DNA of 64,000 bases from IMG/VR virus record IMGVR_UViG_3300007900_000103; one strand, written 5' to 3'. The DNA is from an uncultured virus (IMG/VR IMGVR_UViG_3300007900_000103). Its lineage: Duplodnaviria; Heunggongvirae; Uroviricota; Caudoviricetes. This document shows, in pieces, positions 38,901 to 47,783 of the stretch. The notes beneath the pieces are model-generated. The model had not been told where the DNA came from and ran no database searches. It was given only the letters and a program-made list of their open reading frames with translations. How positions within the stretch are numbered: the stretch's first letter is position 1; each line of letters starts with the position of its first letter. Position numbers and translations under genes: made by a program.

Positions 38901-41900
38901 GATGATCCTGATGAAAGGTCTCAAGCATTGATGGAGAAGCAGGAAATTCTTAGCTCTCCGATTGATGTTACCAAGATACAGATACCGAAGGACTGGGTTC
39001 TCGATCGCATCAAGGACCCTGTTTACGATGTGTCGGTGAGTGCGCCGATACGGGTGCCAACCCCATGGAAGACTCACTACGAAAGGCTGTACGGTGAGAA
39101 GCCACCTGCTGGTATAGGTAATGATTTTGAGGCTCTTCCTGCCGAACAGTATCAGGCTATCAGGGAAGAGCAGAGGCGAGATGAAAAGGAAGGACCGAAC
39201 ATTGGTTACGATGAGCAGCTTGGCAGGTGGATCACCACCAAGGCTGACCATCAAACGCAGAACTATTACTCCAACCTCATGCCACTGTGGACTGTGCCCG
39301 GTTCGTACAAGGGTGCCGTCTTCTGGCAGCGCCCAGAGGGTAACGTAGATAGCTACCACTTCGAGTTTGCACATTATCGGGAGCGGTCTGAGTCTGCTGA
39401 AGCTATGGGGGAGATGTCCGGTATCTGGGGGCATGTCCGTTACGGTGAGTCGATAGACGCTGATCCAAATGCGCCGATAGCGCCGAACCCTGATAAGCAG
39501 GGTAGGGCAATGTTGTTCGCTGAGTCACAGGCTGACTACATCCAGAGAGCAGCAAAAAGATACAGCTCGTCAGCAGAAGAGCATCGCCTGACGCAGCAGT
39601 ACCTTGAAGACGGTCGCGCCTTGAAGCAGATGTTCGGTGGCTACATGCAAGCCATCAACACTCGACTCAGGACAGCTGTCGAAGAGGACTTCCAGAACAT
39701 TGTCGATCGTGTTGACGACAGTGAGATGGAGAGCTTTTATGGAGAGAACCAGTTCGCTCTGCTTAGCGATCATGACAAAGAGGTTCTCAAGCAGATCGTT
39801 GCAGCAAACCACTTCTACAATCAGGTAGAAGAGCTACCTGCCATCAATGAATTCAATGAGGCTATTGATTCTATTCGAGATAGCTTTGAATGGAAGAGAC
39901 TGAAGCGTGCAGCTCGTGATCAGCAGCCGCAACAGCAGACTGATGACCTTGGTGATTCTGGGGATATAAATAAAACCAAACTGAAGACAACCTTTGTCGG
40001 TGATGCTCGCATGTTCGAGTGGGCAGACCACCGTGCTATGGACCTCATCTTCACTTCAATTCGTGATCTCAGTACCCAGTACCACCAGCACATCATAGAG
40101 CAAAGAACTATAGGTGGTCCGGGCACGGCTGCTTGGGACAAGCTCGTGGCGAATGGTGGAAAGATCATGAACTTGAGTCCTGTCAACAGGGTTGATACCG
40201 CTATAGCTGCCCACGTTCTGGCGAATGCCAAATCAAATGGCAATAATCAGCCGGGACATCGCCTACCGTTCATGAGTGAAATTGCTATCGACAGGCTCGC
40301 TCTATTTATTGCCGACTTCGAGCAAAGGGGTGAGAGAGAGTCTCGCGCAGAAGCAGAATCCATTTTTGAGAGCATCAGTAACCAGCAGAGCTACGTTCTT
40401 AATCTGGACTTGGATGCACTGGCGAGTCAGTTTAACGAGAGTGAGATCAACGCTCGCTCATTGCAGTTGATGCTCAATGATTTCCGTGGAACACCGTTTG
40501 GAACGAGCTATGGCTTACTAACAAAGCATGTTCTTGGAAACACATCTCTCAGCGCGTATGGCACAAAGGATCAGCTGGACACATTCGACAAAGTGATCAT
40601 TGATGAACTCAAGGAGTACATGAAGGTTCGCTTTGCCGAAAGGTCAATGGAAGACCTCAACAACAAGATTTACGATAAGAAGCAAACGCTTAATAACCGC
40701 TGGGATTATGGGCGAATGCTGCTGGAACACTGGCTTGGCGACTTTCAGGTTGAGTACGCAAAGCTGCGCGTTTCAGATGACCCGAATGCACCTTTCGAGC
40801 ACGTCAATGATGAGCTTGCCAATGGCATGAGCATTGAACGAGCGAGAGAGATGATTGCTGAGCATGACATCGAATCGTTCGATAAGTACGTCAAGCGTAA
40901 GTGGGAAGAGCTTTGGAATAATTCGACAACCGCAGAGATTGAATCTTATGAGCAGGATGGTGGCGACAGTGATACGCCGACCCCAAACTGGTATGAGCGT
41001 TACGCGGAATCATACAACGATCGACCACCCGGTGTGTTCGTCATGCAGGTTCCTGTTCAGTGGGAGACGGTTGGTGATGTTGAAAACGAGATCGTTGAGA
41101 CTGTTGAGTGGGTAGTAAAAAGACCAAGCACTGATAGGAATCGCTGGACAATATTTATTGACGGTGAGGAGAAGTACGACAGCGTTTCAAACACCCACAT
41201 CATCAACAAGATCACGATGTATATTCGTGACTATTACGACCATCAAAACATCACCGCTCCAGCAAATGGTTTCCCATCGCTGCGCCCTGAAATCAAGGCT
41301 ATAAACGATGAGCTGAAATCTATGGAGAACCGCAAGGCAGAGGGTGAGCTTCAGAGTGGCGCTGAGTTCGCTCAAGCCTTTTCGGAGTCGGTAGACTTTG
41401 ATGTTCAGCGAGGTGAGTTTGGTGACATGGAAGAGTCTTTCCTGCGCATCATTGAATCGAACAAGAAGAGCGGCTGGCAAGAGCGTGTCCTGATCGAGAA
41501 GAATGAGCAGTGGCGCACCGCTCAAATTCTCTACGGATTCAGCGAGGCTGTTAGGAATGGCTATGCGCGTATGCACCTCCCATGGGGGTCGCAGTCTGGC
41601 TCACGTGGTGGGTACGGTCGTAGTAAATACGAGTCCACTTCGTATGTTCATTCAACCAACGAGATTGAATACGAGCTGAGCACTCAGGTCATTCGTGGTG
41701 AAAGGCGAGACATTCTAATCGTCAAGCCTGACAACACTGAGGACTCGATGTGGATAGATGTCACCAGCGATAACCTGATCCCGATGAACCCTGACAGGAC
41801 AATCAGTGATAATCCTGATCAGTACGAGGGGTACTTCTCAGGCGAGATCACGAAGCAGCTGGGTCGAGATGTTGCCGAAACGATTGCCAGAAAGATGAGT

Positions 41901-44900
41901 AGCAGCAACAAGGCTGCGAAGCGCAACCTGCTGATGGTGTCGAAGACATCGTGGAACCCTGACACTACTGGTCAGCAAGAGCTTATGGACAGCTACTTCA
42001 TCCATGACACGCAGGGCAACATCATTGAGATCGCTGCCAGCAGGGAAGAGGCGAACGCCAGAAGGGAAGAGCTGACAAAAGAAGACCAGACAGAAGCCCC
42101 GACCAACCTGAAGGGAACTGTAACAAGCGGTGAGCTTGGTGGTCCGATACAGATTCCACGGACGTATTACGCAGGCAGTCCTGCATACCGTGCTGACTAT
42201 GGTAGTGGTTACCAACACACCTTTGCCAGACCGTCTTATGAGGGCGGCAGAGCAAACTACGATCTGGTTATGCCAGCGCGTATCAATGGTCACCTGAAGC
42301 GCTTTGGTCTGAAGATCGAAGAGGGTTACGCGAAGGTCGAGGATCAGCATAAGGTTGACTCGATGTATGGTGGTGGCGATCGTATCAGCTACATGGTTCC
42401 CCAGAGTTTGGTTGATCAGTACCCGAACATACGTATAGATCAGGTTGGTGGAGAGAACTTCGGCTTCATCATCAACTCCGACAGGGGTGTTGTAATGCCG
42501 ACCATCTTCTCTACGAAAGAAGCAGCTGAGGTGGAGATGGATGGCTGGTACAGGGCGAACTCTGCTGATGACAGTGGTCGAGTGAAGGTCTATCAGGTCA
42601 CCTTCAATGATGATCTGAGGAAGTTCCATGAGCGCCCACAGAACCCGTACCTCGGCATCAAGTACCAGATCAACAGCAATGAGAAACTCAAGGAAGCTCT
42701 CTCCAAGATCGGCAGCAACGAACCAAGCCTGCTCGAACGCTTCCTCGACTGGCGCAAGACATGGAAGGCATCAGTCAACATCGGCATGTTCGATCGGTTC
42801 TACGGCATCCTTCATGCGCTGAAGATGACTGGCTCGTCAACAGAGGGATACATCCTCACAAGGATGAGCACTGGTCTCGACTCCATCATGAAGGGTGTGT
42901 TCGAGTACGGTCATCCGGTGTGGCGTGATGGTGTGGTTGTCAATGAAGGTCGTGGCTTGCTGAAGATTCTGGAGCCGGTCGCTGATCAGGTTGAGCTGTG
43001 GGCTGGCTACATGGCTGGCAAGCGTGCCAAGGGTCTGATGCTCGAAGGCTACAATAAGCTCAACGCCCATGATAAGTCCATTCTCGACAGGGAGGCTGGC
43101 AACTACGAAGGCGAAGACTTCAACGAGAGGCTCTTCAATCTACTGGTCGATGTCACTGACGTAGGTGCGACAGACAAGCCAGCGATGATGACTCGTCGCG
43201 ATATTCTGAAGGGTATGGCTGCGCTGGGTGTTGCTGCAAATGTGCCGATGCCGGGGAACACCTCACTGGAGAAGGCTGCGATCGAGTTGGTCCTGCCGAT
43301 GCTCAAGAAGAGTAACTTCAAGAAGTTCCGCAACGCAGCTGGCAGGGCGCAACGAGCGGCTCGTACAGCCACGACAGCCGAGGCAATGGACCTCGACCGC
43401 ATAGTTGATCCAACTAAGGCGTTCAGGAAGCCTGAGCAAGCCAGATACACATGGGTCAAGAAGTTGATGGAGTCCGATGGGGTCACTCGCGAGCAGGCTG
43501 AGGAAGCGATCGACAGCGCCATCAAGAAGGGCTTCGAGGACCAGATGGCTGCGGACATAGCCAAGGCTGCGAAAGAGAAGTCTGACAAGAAGACACGTGG
43601 CACCTCGTCGCCGGATGTGAACCGGGTTGTGAACAACATGATCGCTCAGGGTCGAGAGAGCCTGTTTACGCCAACCGACATCAAGGAGTTGATAGCTCTG
43701 GGTGATGACTTCCCGATCTTCGATCAGGTTTCCGAAGACTACGCATCGTTCAACAAGAAGATGCTGGACTTCGCTGAAGAATCCGGTGTGATCAACTCTG
43801 AAACCAGACCGCTGTGGGAGGATGCTGACTACATACCGTTCTACCGCATAGCGGATGATCGTCTGGTCGGACCTCTGGCGAAGACGGCAGGTGTTGCTAA
43901 CCAGAAGTCACCGATTGATCGGCTCAAGGGTGGGCAGAATAATCTCGGTGATCTGGTTCACAACATCTTCATGAACGCTACCAACCTGATGGACTCTTCT
44001 GTGAAGAACAATGCGGCACTTGAGATCGTCAATCAGCTTGAGCCAACCGGCATGATGGTCAAAGAGAAGTTCGACCCTGATGCGCAGGTGCCTATGGAGG
44101 ACATCAAGAAGATACTGAAGCGCAACAATATTGAACTCGATGACCTTGAGGCAGAGGTACAGAAGGGCTTGCAGACGATGTTCGCTGTGCAGGCACCGAA
44201 GGGCGATGGTGTTGTCTCGGTGCTGCGCGATGGCAAGAAGGAATTCTACCGAGTTGATGACCCACTACTGTATCGCTCGATGGCTGCGATCAACATGGAG
44301 CGCCTGCCAGACTGGGTAGCCCCAGCTCGATTCGCCAAGCGATTCCAGACAACGATGATCACGATCGACCCCGGCTTCATGGCGGCGAACTTCATCCGAG
44401 ACTCCATGTCGGCTTTCGTACTAAGCCGTGACAACTTCATCCCGATGGTTGATGGTGTGCGTGGCTTCAAGGAGGCGATCACAGAGGGTGATACCTATCA
44501 GGCAATGGTTGCATCTGGTGCTGCTTTCGAGTCAGGCATCATCAATCAGGGCGACCCGAAAGCTACTCACAAATACATCAAGCGTGCGATGCGAGACGCT
44601 GGGTTCCAGCGCACCCTACTGAACACACCTCGCAAGCTGTTCAACGCATGGAAGAAACTAGGCTCTGCGACTGAGAACGCCAACCGTATCGCTGTGTATC
44701 AGGCAGCAATCAAGGCAGGCAAGACGCAGCAGCAGGCGCTCTACGAGGCGAAGGACATCATGGACTTCTCCATGAGCGGTGACTACAAGGCTATCCAGTA
44801 CCTGATCCAGACAGTGCCGTTCATGGGCGCTCGTATGCAGGGTCTGCACAGGCTTGGACGTGGCGCGAAAGAGAACCCGGTTGGCTTCCTGATCAAAGGC

Positions 44901-46049
44901 ACAATGATCGGAGTTGCTGGTATGGGCTTGTGGCTACGCTACCGCGACGATCCACGCTACGACGAACTGGAAGACTGGGACAAGGATGCGTACTTCCACT
45001 GGTGGATTGGTGATCTACACTTCCGCTTGCCGAAGGGCTTCGAGGTTGGTGCGATCTTCAACACCATTCCTGAGCGCATCTTCGAGTACTACTACAGCAG
45101 AGAGACGGATGCAGGTAAGCACCTGATGCGTCGTATGGGTCACATGTTCTTGGAGACATTCAACATGAACCCGATACCGCAGATTGCCAAACCACCAATA
45201 GAAGCGGTTGCTAATTACGACTTCTTCCGTGGCAGGAGCGTCGAGTCGCCGTATGAAAAAGACCTGCTGCCAGAAGATCGTTACGCGAACTACACCAGCG
45301 AGACCATGCGTGAAATGGCTATGCTGTTCCCGCAGGGCTGGAGCACAAAGTGGTATGGCGAGATCAAGTCACCGAAGAAACTTGAGCACATGTGGGCTGG
45401 TTACACTGGCACGATGGGACGATACATGCTGAACGCTGCCGACATTGGTATGCGCGTGCTGATGGACTACCCGGTGCAGCCAGACTGGGATGCTTCAGAC
45501 CTGCCGGTGCTCAGTCGATTCTTCCGTGGTGATAGACCTCGGCGCACGCGCTACGAGGAAGAGTTCTACCGTGAGCTTCACGACACCGTGATGGTAATGA
45601 ACTCCATGCGTAAGGCAGACAGGGCTGGTGAGGATGGTCGCTACGATGAGCTTGAAGCGTTCTTCCCAGATGAGGTTGATCGGGCGAGAGAGCTTCAAGG
45701 TTACAGCAGGGAACTACAGAGGCTGAGAAAAGAAGCCAGAGAAGTTTACGCTGACCGGGACATAACCAAGGAAGAGAAGCGATCTGAGCTTGACGACATT
45801 CAGCGTGAAAAGAATGAGGTGATGAAGGAAGCCTACGAGTCCAGACCGGGCGCTGCTCCAAAGGATGAAGAGGTCAACCTTGAGACGCTGATGGACACGT
45901 TCGACCCGACCTCACCGGACGGCAATCAGGAGATGAAAGTTCAAGCACCAGAGACTACTCAACTATTTGCTGGAGTTACTGACATGTCTCCAGCGCAACT
46001 TCACCGGCTTGAGAAAGCCGACAACTACAGGCCAACAGGTAATGAATGA
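32952..46049 (+). CDS. giant polyvalent internal virion protein: GGDEF domain, HExxGH metallopeptidase-like domain, C-terminal LPD38-like domain
   Basis: 4365 aa; DVDALKWVND..SH..GT...RYGGDEF at 35406-35540; HETVGH at 37257; YIPFYR, NFIRD, ENANR, DFSMSG, RLPKGFEVG C-terminal motifs. Confidence 0.85.
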   Translation: MAEELSFEEEMARARESLSRREEEVTQQIEPEEEPPAEVPALGAGEVPAIGETSRSDLTPERPRTFEEEMALARGEELPDTDQNTGFLGDVGTDIKIGASMIAKGPMIRAEKERDFRDQTKNKVAEQLTEPDIAGIEKIAGKKIDKMDWFELNNAATDFYGTTGEGFLGKRFVWNNMLREMMGFREGDKDRDGSPGLSNLVTGEEPREAGEPTGAPAFEGAYELISGSLRSNKANVLTGAVGVFKLDGQAMYEGIARPIMESTGVDSREKAEAAAKALDELYLEYTDEMQEQEQKTFINPEATKNPLTWFSGDDTKSWKGILHTTLQQGPMLLLMAGASKGGGMVGASRYTRSMRTPLQTMEEVQKIQKTGATIGGAAAGGMAEMSMIRDGVFTEVNRRIENETSDEMWANNEHYSRLVAGGMTPEEAKQIVGYSYANSAGEMAMVISGALLGTPMGAFYGQTVGRSAGRQQAKQSILAQMGRGALYETGQEMAQEGTEQIASNLAVMRINPEAKVFDDVLEAMAAAAFTSAPYGAISGIGSDKGAGVAKDYDKLVNLSQPWMNAANERWKFQNKKGPNTSFANDASPQDQRDAMIELERLQEKEAEAFDKVRTETYELMERNGADKEKLLEHKARADGYRLDLAMIAKRRKARQIAKKQAAEEKRALAERAAAKAQVERDVFTIEDNTRLVEGMQAIQRGEEVHPEMYDELSKMGYGTFDQRGTKFILTQRGARGLEELATQASDLKDKLEAGFTGADRRVDSNLRDAYQNLTEQEFEDQVMRDDDTRLWNKRKWNQDKDKSVTINGVEQKKSVAVLDVDALKWVNDNMSHSAGTKLLRTVAKEIESLGSGAESYRYGGDEFIVTHPDPDKLQSMVEQAIARVNALPRMEEAGKSIKIQVSVGYGQDFDTADVALNQEKDRRIASGERVDSRVEGATPPSLRLTEPDNSPQMTLFAMSKDYKKFDDDQIHKSDNNTGDPEYWDEYVSAGDLFYNSQVFGTRKVSEQEMGWIEGTIEDYLPSTNQGNPPVTLMHDYTWLSEISPNQYEEMLSMPFGAQNVRGIFSMDDPSHGVFLFADAIIAEVRRGLKSGNKIGTWNGIKYKIKEGDTVEIIDGKGKIRKAKVTDFTIKKPKYSYGTTSFSGAEKRLQKEAIDTRQRINKLIRKEESLLKARLKMSEVKREDRDHPINKQLAENFENQGQLEQELRMFQSALARERQARWKRPTDENVDRGANSLTVELDGDVLVFDPEMNSLIRSTDTEASVNQKYNIGYDWSLPTNTFQATLSNGDHRYYRFSSDGDGNLMVMEKVQRAYKPAVDVSHMIGQSPKAIIQKVTNDDGLDFHGRTGDVLEEALGKVPNFSQRSEDAKAKERKSFAKQLKIDSAPYAEERGDIYLGQIRHAKSSKWYDNFGNEEASKDEEMTRKHVEMLVADTVMHETVGHFGIRGITKDYESYIKLTHAMVDAFPEVAEALRWMGYTYRTDINKGEDLDRANKALLGEEIMAWKAGELLSNPELKGMTLPQQSAIRRFITWFKEQLIQLGWGKVFRKYKAAQIRAARRRLYNPTNAHVREQAFIELYGKGDQAGLIHSGQSAERTGAWKKGKKTKRGVVIRAADSFLTDNDLLNIIARSHDAIVNGHSKWTFKDFHGQPHNLYMRDMEIFRKPIYEVMVNGVRGRTEEEVLSEEDLAPAPPVPTLAEAYKEATGEDMPEGWKPLTPGDFKDAAKEMMAEKGELFDEYQAAREAAGGKLGPPVFLYQKETGGAAGDNVAGKVQSIISKAKKEKVRRENLVRAKKAKIEAGERMYGESFNQDRIPIFPEVATLQGFIEAAKQALPSAKNKGFISEMEMEAAGFMEQLWPSRFRSIVIDLFGGTDPADLSSRLGISEKRIKELRNPGQQMTEEEANAVSKLMKETDSQNSMFYESQVDPKNLMQNNNLILSDFIPVLGQYALSQQDPALTTLNILLGENHAAFEAYLKAVAKELSDDPDERSQALMEKQEILSSPIDVTKIQIPKDWVLDRIKDPVYDVSVSAPIRVPTPWKTHYERLYGEKPPAGIGNDFEALPAEQYQAIREEQRRDEKEGPNIGYDEQLGRWITTKADHQTQNYYSNLMPLWTVPGSYKGAVFWQRPEGNVDSYHFEFAHYRERSESAEAMGEMSGIWGHVRYGESIDADPNAPIAPNPDKQGRAMLFAESQADYIQRAAKRYSSSAEEHRLTQQYLEDGRALKQMFGGYMQAINTRLRTAVEEDFQNIVDRVDDSEMESFYGENQFALLSDHDKEVLKQIVAANHFYNQVEELPAINEFNEAIDSIRDSFEWKRLKRAARDQQPQQQTDDLGDSGDINKTKLKTTFVGDARMFEWADHRAMDLIFTSIRDLSTQYHQHIIEQRTIGGPGTAAWDKLVANGGKIMNLSPVNRVDTAIAAHVLANAKSNGNNQPGHRLPFMSEIAIDRLALFIADFEQRGERESRAEAESIFESISNQQSYVLNLDLDALASQFNESEINARSLQLMLNDFRGTPFGTSYGLLTKHVLGNTSLSAYGTKDQLDTFDKVIIDELKEYMKVRFAERSMEDLNNKIYDKKQTLNNRWDYGRMLLEHWLGDFQVEYAKLRVSDDPNAPFEHVNDELANGMSIERAREMIAEHDIESFDKYVKRKWEELWNNSTTAEIESYEQDGGDSDTPTPNWYERYAESYNDRPPGVFVMQVPVQWETVGDVENEIVETVEWVVKRPSTDRNRWTIFIDGEEKYDSVSNTHIINKITMYIRDYYDHQNITAPANGFPSLRPEIKAINDELKSMENRKAEGELQSGAEFAQAFSESVDFDVQRGEFGDMEESFLRIIESNKKSGWQERVLIEKNEQWRTAQILYGFSEAVRNGYARMHLPWGSQSGSRGGYGRSKYESTSYVHSTNEIEYELSTQVIRGERRDILIVKPDNTEDSMWIDVTSDNLIPMNPDRTISDNPDQYEGYFSGEITKQLGRDVAETIARKMSSSNKAAKRNLLMVSKTSWNPDTTGQQELMDSYFIHDTQGNIIEIAASREEANARREELTKEDQTEAPTNLKGTVTSGELGGPIQIPRTYYAGSPAYRADYGSGYQHTFARPSYEGGRANYDLVMPARINGHLKRFGLKIEEGYAKVEDQHKVDSMYGGGDRISYMVPQSLVDQYPNIRIDQVGGENFGFIINSDRGVVMPTIFSTKEAAEVEMDGWYRANSADDSGRVKVYQVTFNDDLRKFHERPQNPYLGIKYQINSNEKLKEALSKIGSNEPSLLERFLDWRKTWKASVNIGMFDRFYGILHALKMTGSSTEGYILTRMSTGLDSIMKGVFEYGHPVWRDGVVVNEGRGLLKILEPVADQVELWAGYMAGKRAKGLMLEGYNKLNAHDKSILDREAGNYEGEDFNERLFNLLVDVTDVGATDKPAMMTRRDILKGMAALGVAANVPMPGNTSLEKAAIELVLPMLKKSNFKKFRNAAGRAQRAARTATTAEAMDLDRIVDPTKAFRKPEQARYTWVKKLMESDGVTREQAEEAIDSAIKKGFEDQMAADIAKAAKEKSDKKTRGTSSPDVNRVVNNMIAQGRESLFTPTDIKELIALGDDFPIFDQVSEDYASFNKKMLDFAEESGVINSETRPLWEDADYIPFYRIADDRLVGPLAKTAGVANQKSPIDRLKGGQNNLGDLVHNIFMNATNLMDSSVKNNAALEIVNQLEPTGMMVKEKFDPDAQVPMEDIKKILKRNNIELDDLEAEVQKGLQTMFAVQAPKGDGVVSVLRDGKKEFYRVDDPLLYRSMAAINMERLPDWVAPARFAKRFQTTMITIDPGFMAANFIRDSMSAFVLSRDNFIPMVDGVRGFKEAITEGDTYQAMVASGAAFESGIINQGDPKATHKYIKRAMRDAGFQRTLLNTPRKLFNAWKKLGSATENANRIAVYQAAIKAGKTQQQALYEAKDIMDFSMSGDYKAIQYLIQTVPFMGARMQGLHRLGRGAKENPVGFLIKGTMIGVAGMGLWLRYRDDPRYDELEDWDKDAYFHWWIGDLHFRLPKGFEVGAIFNTIPERIFEYYYSRETDAGKHLMRRMGHMFLETFNMNPIPQIAKPPIEAVANYDFFRGRSVESPYEKDLLPEDRYANYTSETMREMAMLFPQGWSTKWYGEIKSPKKLEHMWAGYTGTMGRYMLNAADIGMRVLMDYPVQPDWDASDLPVLSRFFRGDRPRRTRYEEEFYRELHDTVMVMNSMRKADRAGEDGRYDELEAFFPDEVDRARELQGYSRELQRLRKEAREVYADRDITKEEKRSELDDIQREKNEVMKEAYESRPGAAPKDEEVNLETLMDTFDPTSPDGNQEMKVQAPETTQLFAGVTDMSPAQLHRLEKADNYRPTGNE

Positions 46050-46506
46050 CCTTCACTTGATCAGGGACTCCTACGGCGACAAAGAGACGCTGGGCAAGTT
46101 TGTGGATGAGGTTGGTATGACGATGGCGCACACGATCGAGCGACCATGGATCATGGGGCCGGACCCCGGTGGCATGTCGTTCGAGTCATGCGTGCCTGAT
46201 GGCATCTACCAGCTCGTGCCGCACACCCGACCCAGTGGTCGCAAAGTGGTGGCTCTGGTCAACCCGGACTTGGGTGTTTGGTATCAGAAGGAAGACAGAC
46301 CTGATACATGGGGTAGGTACTTGGTGCTCATCCATAGTGGCAACTATGTCGAGGATATTGTTGGCTGTGTCGCACCCGGAGCCACCCGGACGATTGCCAA
46401 CAATCGACGCATGGTGACCAGTTCACGAGCGACCATGGATAAGCTCGACGTACAGCAGTACTCACGACTCATCATTGAGTCCACAAATGGAGCGCACGAT
46501 GCCTGA
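46042..46506 (+). CDS. putative endolysin, DUF5675-like (L,D-peptidase-like)
   Basis: TLGK, HTIERPW, SCVPDGIY, LIHSGN...DIVGC; heads holin/spanin cassette. Confidence 0.75.
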   Translation: MNDLHLIRDSYGDKETLGKFVDEVGMTMAHTIERPWIMGPDPGGMSFESCVPDGIYQLVPHTRPSGRKVVALVNPDLGVWYQKEDRPDTWGRYLVLIHSGNYVEDIVGCVAPGATRTIANNRRMVTSSRATMDKLDVQQYSRLIIESTNGAHDA

Positions 46507-46786
46507 CGTTTATCTGAATGGATTCATCTGCTTTGGTGGATTAGCCCTTCACTTCGCGATGAAGTGGGCTGAGCACCGCAGAACTGTAGCGAAGGTCAGC
46601 CTGATGGAGTACGTGGGTGAGGTGCCAGCACAGACAGCTGTCGCCGTGATAGGCTCTGTCGTTGCATTCACTGTTACTCAGGCCATGGACTGGATGAACC
46701 CCGGCATGGCACTGGCGTGTGGCTACATGGGCAACTCAGTTGCTGAGAACCTGACTAACAAGTTCTTGAATAAGGCAGGGCAATGA
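46499..46786 (+). CDS. putative holin
   Basis: GGAG RBS; 95 aa with 2-3 hydrophobic segments, GYMG motif. Confidence 0.65.
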   Translation: MPDVYLNGFICFGGLALHFAMKWAEHRRTVAKVSLMEYVGEVPAQTAVAVIGSVVAFTVTQAMDWMNPGMALACGYMGNSVAENLTNKFLNKAGQ

Positions 46787-47019
46787 GCGAGATCAACATA
46801 CCTCAGATTGTTATCGAGCTGCTGATACTTGCAGGCGCTTTCCTCGTCATGTATTGGCGACAGCGCGTGGAGGCAGAGCACCGTTTTACCAAGCTGGAAA
46901 CGCTGGTGAAGGGTCTTGGTGAAGACCACCAGAAACTCGAAGTTCATGTCACCGGGATCAAGCAGAGTATTCAAGAGCTACATGGGCGCATCAGTCGCGT
47001 CAGGGACAGGCTCACATGA
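46783..47019 (+). CDS. membrane-anchored coiled-coil protein (holin/antiholin-like)
   Basis: N-terminal TM then heptads; ATGA coupling. Confidence 0.6.
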   Translation: MSEINIPQIVIELLILAGAFLVMYWRQRVEAEHRFTKLETLVKGLGEDHQKLEVHVTGIKQSIQELHGRISRVRDRLT

Positions 47020-47486
47020 ACCCATATATCACTGGTGGGATGATCTTGATCATCGTGATACTCAGTTGGCAGCTGAAGTCATCCATCACCCGTAACGGTG
47101 AGTTGACTGCGAAGCTGGAGACTCAGGTTGAAGAAACGATCGAAGCTGTCCAAGCCAACCACAGCAACTTTACGACCATCACAGGGCTTGAGAAGGCGCT
47201 GAAGGACATGGTGGCAAGTAGGGCAGCAGATGCTGCCGCACGTGAGGCTATGCTGGTAGAGCGCGACACAGAGCTTGCAGCAGCCAGAGCGGAGAACGAA
47301 GTACTAAGGGGTGAACGGGAAGATGAAGCTGATACCAATATTGACTGCGCGGACCTACGCTCTCTTAGCGTTGGCCTTTTCTGCCCTGTTGCTGGCGACC
47401 AGCTGCGCGAGCGATCCAGAGGTCCGAGTGGTGACCAAGACGGAGACAGTGGAGCTTCAGGTGGAGGTGATCAAACCTCTCCCTAA
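47016..47486 (+). CDS. i-spanin (Rz-like)
   Basis: N-terminal TM, coiled coil, two C-terminal Cys; overlaps lipoprotein ORF. Confidence 0.75.
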   Translation: MNPYITGGMILIIVILSWQLKSSITRNGELTAKLETQVEETIEAVQANHSNFTTITGLEKALKDMVASRAADAAAREAMLVERDTELAAARAENEVLRGEREDEADTNIDCADLRSLSVGLFCPVAGDQLRERSRGPSGDQDGDSGASGGGDQTSP

Positions 47487-47637
47487 GTCGCTGACAAACC
47501 CCCTTCCATACCCACCCGCATTGCCAGAAAATTTTACCGTGGACGATATGCTCGAATTGACCTTCGCCCTGTTCGACACCTTGGACGTGGCGAACGCTGA
47601 TAGGGCGAGGTCGAAAGAGCTTACGCAGCCTGAGTAG
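47323..47637 (+). CDS. o-spanin (Rz1-like lipoprotein)
   Basis: signal peptide ending LLATS-C lipobox, Pro-rich mature region, alternate-frame overlap with Rz. Confidence 0.75.
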   Translation: MKLIPILTARTYALLALAFSALLLATSCASDPEVRVVTKTETVELQVEVIKPLPKSLTNPLPYPPALPENFTVDDMLELTFALFDTLDVANADRARSKELTQPE

Positions 47638-47761
47638 GCTTTTCGCGATACTCTTCAGTAGACGAGATCATGTGATCCCCATGGGTCGGGCAGCTCTGTG
47701 CTGTCATCTGTTCAGGCTCGAACGTCTGGACACAGCCACACCCGAAAGCGATATGGATCAC
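47621..47761 (-). CDS. small putative Zn-binding protein (46 aa)
   Basis: GTG at 47761; CGC...CPTH; own promoter immediately upstream. Confidence 0.45.
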   Translation of the reverse strand: MIHIAFGCGCVQTFEPEQMTAQSCPTHGDHMISSTEEYREKPTQAA

Positions 47762-47783
47762 TTTCTCAAAGTCTGTGAAAAAC

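Noticed and set aside
41838..42629. Long antisense ORFs (also 17515..18012, 19038..19649, 52492..53175, 55084..55872)
   Set aside because: They shadow well-supported genes on the opposite strand, lack RBS or motifs, and are expected from codon bias
32952..46049. Giant ORF as virion RNA polymerase (N4- or crAss-like)
   Set aside because: No DxDGD-type or recognisable T7-type polymerase motifs seen; GGDEF, HExxGH and LPD38-like motifs fit a polyvalent protein better
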